This document shows positions 47,884 through 55,450 of a DNA stretch of 64,000 nucleotides, one piece after another. The stretch covers positions 461 to 64,460 of the forward strand of contig JBFHFF010000006.1 in assembly GCA_041583775.1 (NCBI GenBank). Direction: 5' to 3'. This DNA is from Candidatus Moraniibacteriota bacterium (lineage in GTDB: Bacteria; Patescibacteriota; Minisyncoccia; Moranbacterales; DUUL01). Every line of letters starts with the position of its first letter. Positions within the stretch are counted from its first letter, which is position 1. The notes below the pieces were generated by a model that had not been told where the DNA came from, made no database searches, and saw only the letters and a program-made list of their open reading frames with translations. A program made the position numbers and the translations under genes.

Positions 47884-48435
47884 TTAGTTTAGTTTATTTC
47901 CTAATAACTCAGTCAATTCTTTTTCATTTGCAACTCTTGCTACAGAAAATATTTTAGCTTTATGTTCTGGGTCATCCTCGATACCCTCTTCAATTAAGTC
48001 CGCTAATTTTCTTGTATTTTTCGCTTCTTCCGAAGTTATTCTTCCTTGTAGCATTAATTTTTCAAGTTCTTCGTCTAAAGTTTCCATGAAAATTTCTTTG
48101 GGAGCTTTTTCTTCTTCAGTATTTTCTCTACTTTGATCGCCTATATTTTCTTTGCTCACATCTGCCCTTAAAAAACTCTCTTCTTTGAACAATTTAGTTA
48201 TTTCATCTTCCCCTGCAATCCTTATTACAGAAAACATTTTAGCTTTATGTTCCGGGTTCTCATCAATACCTTCCTCAATTAAGCTCGCTGCCTTTTTTGT
48301 ACCTTCTGCGTCTTCTGGGGTTATTCTTTCTTGTTGTATTAATTTTTTAAGTTCCTCTTCTAGAGTTTTCATAAAAATCTCTTTTGGTGTTTCTTTTTTC
48401 TCAAATTTATCATTTTTAGGAAATTCAAAATTCAT
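47884..48435 (-). CDS. Hypothetical protein with two tandem homologous halves of about 80 aa
   Basis: PKEIFM(K/E)TL(E/D)EEL(K/E)KL...ITxE(D/E)A...IEEGI(D/E)(E/D)(N/D)PEHKAK(M/I)FSV.R(I/V)A occurs twice in the translated sequence. Confidence 0.5.
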   Translation of the reverse strand: MNFEFPKNDKFEKKETPKEIFMKTLEEELKKLIQQERITPEDAEGTKKAASLIEEGIDENPEHKAKMFSVIRIAGEDEITKLFKEESFLRADVSKENIGDQSRENTEEEKAPKEIFMETLDEELEKLMLQGRITSEEAKNTRKLADLIEEGIEDDPEHKAKIFSVARVANEKELTELLGNKLN

Positions 48436-48637
48436 TTTTTATTTTTAATAATTAAATTTATTTAATTATACCACTAAAAATTCTAGATTAATAAACTCTT
48501 ATCAAAAAACACCCTACAAAATAGGATGTTTAATGATATTGCTTTCGCAAACCTTGATGGACTGTGTCGCACCGAAGATTCGCTTCGGCGGACCAAAGGC
48601 GGGGAGTGCGGGACGAAGTTGGAACTTTATTATTATT
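48436..48637 (-). repeat. Conserved intergenic cassette module, copy A (with extra GC-rich hairpin insert)
   Basis: Contains ggacgaagttggaacttt box, aaaaaacaccctac-aaaa-taggatg hairpin, TTGATA and tggTATAAT; extra ccgaag-attcg-cttcgg hairpin. Confidence 0.6.
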
Positions 48638-49162
48638 TTAATAGGTATTTTCTGCTATAGCTTTTGAAATTTTAACAATTTGAGTTTCTCCGTATTTTTT
48701 TTCAACTTCTTTTGCTAAGATGAGAATTCCTTTTTGCCACATTTTTTGTCTTTTTATTGGACCGTCTACATGTTTTTCATATAAACTCCAAAACGCATCA
48801 TATAAAATAAGTGTTTTATAAAAAGAACTCTTATTCCAAACCCATTTTATTTTATTTTCAAGGTTTTTATCTTTTAAATAAGTCATCTCATTAATACCTT
48901 CTTTGACTTCTTTTTCAATCCAATCTGGTAATTCTAAAGATGTATCCTCCAAAACATCATGTAAAATTAATATTTTAAAACCCAATTCTCTTTCTTTATA
49001 AGGTATTTTTGTATCAGCGATAAGAAGCATTGCTGAGCCCAGAGGATGTGTTATGTATGGAACTTTACCATTTTGACGATAATCTTGGTCTGTAACATTA
49101 TTTTCCTGATAGGCCTTGTAAGCAAAATCAAGATATTTTTTTAGTTCTTCAGAGTGAATCAT
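48638..49162 (-). CDS. HD-domain small alarmone hydrolase-like protein (SpoT/Mesh1-type (p)ppGpp hydrolase fold)
   Basis: YITHPLGSAMLL ... LHDVLEDT matches the RelA/SpoT hydrolase-domain HD motifs; ATG 49162 preferred because the upstream TTG lies inside the terminator hairpin. Confidence 0.5.
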   Translation of the reverse strand: MIHSEELKKYLDFAYKAYQENNVTDQDYRQNGKVPYITHPLGSAMLLIADTKIPYKERELGFKILILHDVLEDTSLELPDWIEKEVKEGINEMTYLKDKNLENKIKWVWNKSSFYKTLILYDAFWSLYEKHVDGPIKRQKMWQKGILILAKEVEKKYGETQIVKISKAIAENTY

Positions 49163-49231
49163 TTGTTTTATATTAAAATATATTAAATTAATAATATCAC
49201 TAAAAGTTCTAAAGTAACAAACTCCTATCAA

Positions 49232-49305
49232 AAAACACCCTATAAATAAAGGTGTTTTTAATATGCGGAGAGTGTGGAACGAAGTTGGAACTTTGTTGTG
49301 TGAAG
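49232..49305 (-). repeat. Conserved intergenic cassette module, copy B
   Basis: ggaacgaagttggaacttt box immediately 3' of the TPR gene stop, aaaaacaccctataaataaaggtgttttt hairpin, TTGATA, tgaTATTAT. Confidence 0.6.
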
Positions 49306-52300
49306 CTATTCTTGAAAAAACAATTGTATAATGAGTTTTATTTTAGTTGGTTTAGCGCGAAGTTTTATCTTGAGATTTATGAAAGCAGATTCTTTTATTT
49401 TTTCAATATCATGATTGATTTTAACTTGGCTTAAAATATATCTAAAAATTTCAAGTTTAATTTTTCCATTAATATTACAATCTAGTATTAATAGGAGTAG
49501 TATCTCCGATAAAACCATATTCAATGATTCTGTACTTGTTTCGCTTTTAGCAAGAATACTAATTACATTTCTTATCTCATCTGTTGAGTAATTGTGTGAT
49601 TGCAATTGATCATAAATGAAATTCGCATCAACTGAAATATATTCGTAATTAAGATCTATTAATTTTTTTTGTAATTTATACTTTTCATCTAAAGACAATT
49701 TTTTGCTCTGCTGAGTAAATGTGAATAGAGTTTGAGAAGAGAAGGAAGAAACTCCATACTCAATATGTGCAAGTGTGCGCAATATTCTATCATCACAAAG
49801 CATTGGCTCCTTAATTTCTTGGGCTAATAAAATACTATCTGAAGTGCTTTTATCTAAAAAATTATTTATATTCTTACCCTCGCTCTTTTCTTTGGAAAGT
49901 CCATGTATTTTAACATTTTTATTTGAACTAATAAATGTTCTTATTTTTTCCAATAGGTCTACTAATTTCTGTATTTGCTCAGGAGAAATTTCAAATATAT
50001 GATTTTGTCCTTCGGTTTTCCCCAAAAGCTTTAAACCTTTTTTGGTGGAAAGTTTTCGTTCCTCAATGGTCTCAGTTATGTCATCCATAACAGATTGATG
50101 TATGTAGATCTTGCTAAACATTCTTGATAAAAAATCTAATTGATCTAAATGAGCAAAAAGAAATAATGGATAAATGTCCATAACTATGGATTTCTCAAGA
50201 CATTTTTGAACAATTTCTGTTTCCGATTTAATTTCATCTGGGGATCCAAATGAAATTTTTATTCCAGCTTCTTCTGTTTGAATAAATGCTGTCCATACAT
50301 CAAAAGGTTTTTTCCCTGTTATTCTAGGAATAGATGCTAATGGAGCTTTTGATTCTCGATAAAGATTAGTTGCGTTGTCGGTGGTCTCGGCAATTTTATC
50401 AACTACATTCATCATTTTACTAAAATCTCCGTTTTTTACATTAAAGCTTTGCAAGGCCTGTTCATCTGGAAATCTATTGCTGAACTCTGCAATAGATTTT
50501 TGAAATGCTTTTATGTGCTTTTTCTCCGGTTCTTTTTCATCAACTTGTTCTCGTTTTAAAAAGGTAGAAATGAAAGTCAAATGAGCCATGGGATTATTTG
50601 CATCATTTTCCAAAGCCTTGAAAGTAAGTTCAACAGCAGTTCTCCATTCCCCTATAAAAGAATAACCACCAGACAGAATAGCAAGGTCTTGTGTCTCAGT
50701 GATCTTGCCTTTCACTTTATCAAAAGCAATCTTTGCTTCATTTTCTTTGCCCAGTCTAAAACGACACATGCCATAATAAACAATGTATTGAAAATTTTCA
50801 GGATTAATTTCAAATAAATCCTTAAACATTCTTGAGGCTATGTCTAGATTTCCCAGATACAAATTAGCATAAGCACAAACTTGTTTTATAAATGGTCTGT
50901 TTTTTACTGCCTCTTGCAATGTATTTACCCATTCCAAGAGATTTCCATATTGACCAGAATTATAAAGACACTCGGCATATCTCAGTGTCGCATGATTTCC
51001 TTTTTGATGGTTTAAATATTTTTTGTATATTGCTTCGGCAGCCAAATAATCTTTTAAGCCAAACTTGATATCAGCGAGTTCTAGGTTCGCCAGCATCTTT
51101 TCTGTTTCTGTTGTTGCATTTTTTAAAGACTCATTTAATAAATCTTCTGCTCCTTGTAAACCATGTTGATGTAAATAAGAACTTCTCATTCGAAGCACCT
51201 GGGAATTATGAGGAAACTCATTTTTAAGTCTTTCCAGTAAAGCGTTTAATTTGGTGTTTTCTAGTTTTCTTGAATAAAGATTAATCGCTAATTCAGCAAT
51301 ATTAATATTAAGTTTGTCGTCTTTATCTAATAGCTCCTCGATGATTTTTTCAGCAGTGGATAAATCTCCCACTTTAAGAGAACAATAAGCTATATTACAG
51401 TCAATTTCGGGGTCTCTACCTCCACGTTTTTTGTATTCTCGAAAACTACTAATCGCTTCTTTGTGTTGCCCAAGTTTTAACTGAGAGATTCCTTTATTTA
51501 AAAAGGGTATCTCTGACTTTGGGTTTATAATCGTTGCAAGTTCTGCCGATGCTATGGATTTATCATATTGACCAAGAACTGTATAACAGCCAGAGAGGTT
51601 TGTGTAAACAGTTTCTAATTCATACTCCTGCTCAGTTTCACTTAAAATATGAACTGCCTCATTCAAGTGCTGGATAGCTCTATCGAATTTATTTTTTATT
51701 TCGGAAGGAATTCTATCGGGAGCAAAGGGATTATCCTTAATTATTTTTTGCATACCAATCATTGTGTTTTGAGCATTCATCAAGAGACCTCTTAAATTTT
51801 GCGGTTCAAGACTAAGTAGATTTTCGAAAGAAGTAGTAGCACCATCAAAGTCTTCCTTTGACATTTTCTCCATTCCTTTAAATAAATGCACAAGTGCCAT
51901 TTTGTTTTTATCTCTAAGAAAAGAATATAGCTCCACATAGTTTTTCAGATCATAGAGTATGTTAGCCTTAATAGAAATAGCATGTTCATTATCAGGATGC
52001 TTTTCTAATAGATTATTTATAATCTCCAATCCTTCAAATGAAGTTCCTTTGAGCATTTTTGATAAAGCATAATTAACTACAGCCATGGGAAAATCTGGCT
52101 CTATCTTGTAAGCTTTTTCAAAAAAATCTACGGCGACTTGAGTATTGCCTAAATTTAACTCACATACTCCAAGATTATTATAAGTTCTGAAATAAATATG
52201 AGAATCAATTATAATAGTTCCAGAATCCAAATCATTTAAAATCAATTCATACTCTTTCTTTGCTGTTTTATATTTAGATTGACTCATTTTGTCTCTTGCC

Positions 52301-52851
52301 TGGTCAATTTTTCTTTGATAATTTTTCTCGATTACTGTATTATATTTTTTCGTCACATCTTCTATTGAATTTAAATGACCAAAGACGTCGGTTATTTGCT
52401 TTTCAATGTCTGGTTGTATGAGATCTGGATATTGACTTCGTAAGGATGGGTGTTTCGTGAACAGCTGAGTAAGTTTTGGACTAGACCATGAAATACCGAC
52501 AAATCCACGAGAGGATGCTTCTTCTCTAATATATGTTTGCACTGGCTCTCGAAGTTCACGGGGTGTTAAAAATATCCAGTTCTTTATCTGGTATGAACCT
52601 GAGTCAATAAGGTTTTTTGCCTTGTCTAAATCATTCTTAATTTTTGTTTTATAGACAGAATCATTTGCCTTTTCTGGTTTTTCTGGACAATATAATTGAA
52701 AGAGAATTTTATTTTTTGGCGAATATCCGTCATTTCCACCATCACCACCACTATCATCAATTGTTTGGAAATCAAGATATTCAGCACAAAGTAAACTTTT
52801 GCAGATACTGGTAAATAAATCATTAGAGGTTATTTGACTAATTTTATCCAT
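49306..52851 (-). CDS. Large TPR-repeat protein (1181 aa) with unassigned N-terminal domain of about 150 aa
   Basis: Long array of TPR-like helical repeats; N-terminus contains a DSGGDGGNDGY...QLYCPEKPEK segment; no Walker A motif seen. Confidence 0.7.
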   Translation of the reverse strand: MDKISQITSNDLFTSICKSLLCAEYLDFQTIDDSGGDGGNDGYSPKNKILFQLYCPEKPEKANDSVYKTKIKNDLDKAKNLIDSGSYQIKNWIFLTPRELREPVQTYIREEASSRGFVGISWSSPKLTQLFTKHPSLRSQYPDLIQPDIEKQITDVFGHLNSIEDVTKKYNTVIEKNYQRKIDQARDKMSQSKYKTAKKEYELILNDLDSGTIIIDSHIYFRTYNNLGVCELNLGNTQVAVDFFEKAYKIEPDFPMAVVNYALSKMLKGTSFEGLEIINNLLEKHPDNEHAISIKANILYDLKNYVELYSFLRDKNKMALVHLFKGMEKMSKEDFDGATTSFENLLSLEPQNLRGLLMNAQNTMIGMQKIIKDNPFAPDRIPSEIKNKFDRAIQHLNEAVHILSETEQEYELETVYTNLSGCYTVLGQYDKSIASAELATIINPKSEIPFLNKGISQLKLGQHKEAISSFREYKKRGGRDPEIDCNIAYCSLKVGDLSTAEKIIEELLDKDDKLNINIAELAINLYSRKLENTKLNALLERLKNEFPHNSQVLRMRSSYLHQHGLQGAEDLLNESLKNATTETEKMLANLELADIKFGLKDYLAAEAIYKKYLNHQKGNHATLRYAECLYNSGQYGNLLEWVNTLQEAVKNRPFIKQVCAYANLYLGNLDIASRMFKDLFEINPENFQYIVYYGMCRFRLGKENEAKIAFDKVKGKITETQDLAILSGGYSFIGEWRTAVELTFKALENDANNPMAHLTFISTFLKREQVDEKEPEKKHIKAFQKSIAEFSNRFPDEQALQSFNVKNGDFSKMMNVVDKIAETTDNATNLYRESKAPLASIPRITGKKPFDVWTAFIQTEEAGIKISFGSPDEIKSETEIVQKCLEKSIVMDIYPLFLFAHLDQLDFLSRMFSKIYIHQSVMDDITETIEERKLSTKKGLKLLGKTEGQNHIFEISPEQIQKLVDLLEKIRTFISSNKNVKIHGLSKEKSEGKNINNFLDKSTSDSILLAQEIKEPMLCDDRILRTLAHIEYGVSSFSSQTLFTFTQQSKKLSLDEKYKLQKKLIDLNYEYISVDANFIYDQLQSHNYSTDEIRNVISILAKSETSTESLNMVLSEILLLLILDCNINGKIKLEIFRYILSQVKINHDIEKIKESAFINLKIKLRAKPTKIKLIIQLFFQE

Positions 52852-53119
52852 GGGTATTTGAATTTATTTTTAGGGAGAGTTCCTTTAATAGTAATACTTA
52901 GAGTGCAGATTTGCAATATTTTCCCATTTTTCTTCTTATTTGTCTTCTTGTAAATTCCCGCATGCAGTCAAGGTGGAGACTCCGTACTACCTTGAGGGCA
53001 GAAAGAAATTTGCTAAAAAAGAGGAAGAAGAAAAAGATTGTTTTTTAGTAGAAAATAGTATTTTTTATTGAATTATCTTATACTTAAACTATGTAAAATA
53101 ATTTTTGTAAAATTAAAAT

Positions 53120-53635
53120 ATGAAAAGTAAGACTAATAATTTAGATGTTTATATAAAAATTAGCATAACAATAGGAGTATTGGTCTTATCTTTTTCAATC
53201 GCATATTATTTAATTATCTTTTTACCACAGAAAGAAAGAATAAGAGTTGAGAAAGAAAAGCAGATTCAATTAGTAAAAGAAAAGGAAACAAGCGAGAAAG
53301 AGGCCAAAGAGCGAGAAAATGAATTGCAAGTTAAAATTACTAAATGTTTTGAAGATGGAAAAAAGTTTCATAAAGAATATGTGGACTCGAATAAGGGATA
53401 CTATTTTGAGCCAAAATATAATTATAATAAAAAAATAGAAAAATGTTTGTATAGTGGTGGCTATGGAGACTCACTAGTTCATTCTTGGAAAGAAGCGAAT
53501 TCTGGTAATAACCATTGGGATAGAATTGTAAAAGATGTATATACTAATGAAATGGTCTTATATGCTTCAGATTTTTACAATACTGAAGAAATAGAAGAAT
53601 TTTGGAAAGAGCATAATGAATTAATGAGTAATTAG
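53120..53635 (+). CDS. Element-encoded membrane-anchored hypothetical protein
   Basis: Single N-terminal TM; stop is followed immediately by the next ATG. Confidence 0.45.
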   Translation: MKSKTNNLDVYIKISITIGVLVLSFSIAYYLIIFLPQKERIRVEKEKQIQLVKEKETSEKEAKERENELQVKITKCFEDGKKFHKEYVDSNKGYYFEPKYNYNKKIEKCLYSGGYGDSLVHSWKEANSGNNHWDRIVKDVYTNEMVLYASDFYNTEEIEEFWKEHNELMSN

Positions 53636-54361
53636 ATGATTTCTAGATTTACCTCTAAAGACAAAGTCTATCAAGAACTTCTTCTACTCACCGCTAACGA
53701 TGAGTTCATGAAAGACGTGAATAAACTCAGAAAAAAATGTGAAAAAGAATCGGAGTATTTTTTGGATGAAAATAAGGAAAAATTTTTTGCCGATTACTCT
53801 CAAACAAATAACTATCAAAAAGATGTTGAGGAATTAAGAGATAAATATAAACTTTCTAGACTTTATCAATTTCCTTTGTACATGTTTTGTGATGGAAAGG
53901 GTGAAATGCCCGACTTAAGAAGCTTGAAAGGTTTATGGAAAACTGACAAATTGGAACGAGTCTATACATTAAAAGATCCTGGAGTTTTGATTGATTGGGC
54001 AGAAATAGACCCATCTTTTCCATTGAAAGCGATAGAAAGTCAACTTGAAAGTCATGTTGTTTTGAAAATTTATCCTGAAACTACTAAAAAAGATTTTATT
54101 GAAGCTTGGCCTAAAATTTCCAAAGAAAGAGATAGGCTTTTTGGCATTGAGTCTATCCGAAATTCTAAGAGAGCTAATCTTACTAGAGATTTATTTATTC
54201 ATAAACTCAAAAACAAAGGTAAAACCTGTGTGGAAATAACTAAAACAATCAATGGAGATGAAAGATTTAAAAAGCAAAAAATATCTTATGAAGAAGTCTC
54301 TAAAATAATACAAAGACTTAAAAAAAGAGCAAAAAGATTAGGGGCAACCAAGAAAACCTAG
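53636..54361 (+). CDS. Element-encoded hypothetical protein
   Basis: ORF only; translationally coupled to the preceding gene. Confidence 0.45.
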   Translation: MISRFTSKDKVYQELLLLTANDEFMKDVNKLRKKCEKESEYFLDENKEKFFADYSQTNNYQKDVEELRDKYKLSRLYQFPLYMFCDGKGEMPDLRSLKGLWKTDKLERVYTLKDPGVLIDWAEIDPSFPLKAIESQLESHVVLKIYPETTKKDFIEAWPKISKERDRLFGIESIRNSKRANLTRDLFIHKLKNKGKTCVEITKTINGDERFKKQKISYEEVSKIIQRLKKRAKRLGATKKT

Positions 54362-54380
54362 GTCGCCTTATATTAAAAAT

Positions 54381-54402
54381 ACAAACTTAGCTAAATTAAC
54401 AC
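54381..54402 (+). promoter_or_regulatory. Hairpin with TTAATAAG loop upstream of rep (candidate double-strand origin or regulatory site)
   Basis: aacacta-ttaataag-tagtgtt, a perfect 7-bp stem; loop resembles the pC194/phiX-type GATAATAAG nick context. Confidence 0.25.
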
Positions 54403-54424
54403 TATTAATAAGTAGTGTTTTTTT

Positions 54425-54652
54425 GTGACTTACAAATTTAGTCAAAAATTAAGAGAACGATTACAAAGACATCTTGAAAAAGATTGTTCTTTGGTCGTTT
54501 CAGATGAGACTGCCGATGAATTTCTTAGTTCATACAGTGCCTTATATCTTAGTTTTAATGAAATAGAGCGGAAGCGGAATTTGCCGAAGGCAAAGACGCA
54601 TCGCTCTATTCCTTTACTTGACTATAAGCACACATCTAAGGATTTATGGTAG
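54425..54652 (+). CDS. Small hypothetical protein (GTG start)
   Basis: ORF only; overlaps the rep start by 7 nt. Confidence 0.25.
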   Translation: MTYKFSQKLRERLQRHLEKDCSLVVSDETADEFLSSYSALYLSFNEIERKRNLPKAKTHRSIPLLDYKHTSKDLW

Positions 54653-55398
54653 AACTATACAACGACAAAATTATACTATCTGGGAAAGAGTTGGAGCATT
54701 ATCACTATAAAGATAAGCCCATTCTTAAAGGATATCGACGCAGAAAAAGAAGGGTTGCTACAAAGAGGACTGCAAAAAAAGAAATGACTGCAGTAGAGCA
54801 ACGCGAAAAGACAAAGTTTTCTGTTAATCGTACTAGAACTCAAATTAGAAGAATTGTGAATTCTAATTATAAGTTGAATAAGTTTTTAACTTTAACCTCC
54901 AGAATAACAGATATCGGAGAATCAAATAGATGTTTTAATCTGTTTGTTCAAAAAATGAAAGATAGATTTCCTGAATTTCAATATTTTGCTGTTCCAGAGT
55001 TTCAGAAAGATGTTGATTTCAATGGGGTGGCTAAAGAAAATGGGGGTGCAGTTCATTACCATTTAATTTGCAATCTTCGTTATATTAAACAGAAAAAATT
55101 GGAAAAGATTTGGGGGCATGGATTTGTTTGGATTAAAAGAATCGACAGGGTAAAGAATTTAGGCGCTTATCTTTGTAAGTATTTGCAAAAAGAAATGTTT
55201 GATAAACGAATGTTTGGAAAAAAGAAATTCTTTTGCTCCCAAGATCTAGCAAGACCCATTGATGTTGTTGGGGAAACTGCCAAAACCTTTCTAGCGGACG
55301 GCAAAGAAAATCTGAAACTTATTAGGGAAAGTGAGTATGAAAATGAATATCGTGGTAGAGTTGAACATAAATTGTATAATTTCAAGAAATACCTCTAA
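54646..55398 (+). CDS. rep: Rolling-circle replication initiator, pC194/Rep_1 family (HUH endonuclease)
   Basis: Motif I KFLTLTSRI, motif II AVHYHLICNL (HUH), motif III GAYLCKYLQK with catalytic Tyr. Confidence 0.7.
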   Translation: MVELYNDKIILSGKELEHYHYKDKPILKGYRRRKRRVATKRTAKKEMTAVEQREKTKFSVNRTRTQIRRIVNSNYKLNKFLTLTSRITDIGESNRCFNLFVQKMKDRFPEFQYFAVPEFQKDVDFNGVAKENGGAVHYHLICNLRYIKQKKLEKIWGHGFVWIKRIDRVKNLGAYLCKYLQKEMFDKRMFGKKKFFCSQDLARPIDVVGETAKTFLADGKENLKLIRESEYENEYRGRVEHKLYNFKKYL

Positions 55399-55450
55399 TT
55401 GATTTTATCCTAAAATTTGGTTATTATTGGAAACCATAATAAAAAAATCT

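Noticed and set aside
52860-53010. Direct repeat of the tRNA-Ser 3' end marking the left attachment site of the integrated element
   Set aside because: Only a weak match (agggagagttcc at 52873-52884 versus agggagattcgaactcc) was found. Serine integrases do not generate long direct repeats, so the left boundary was left approximate.
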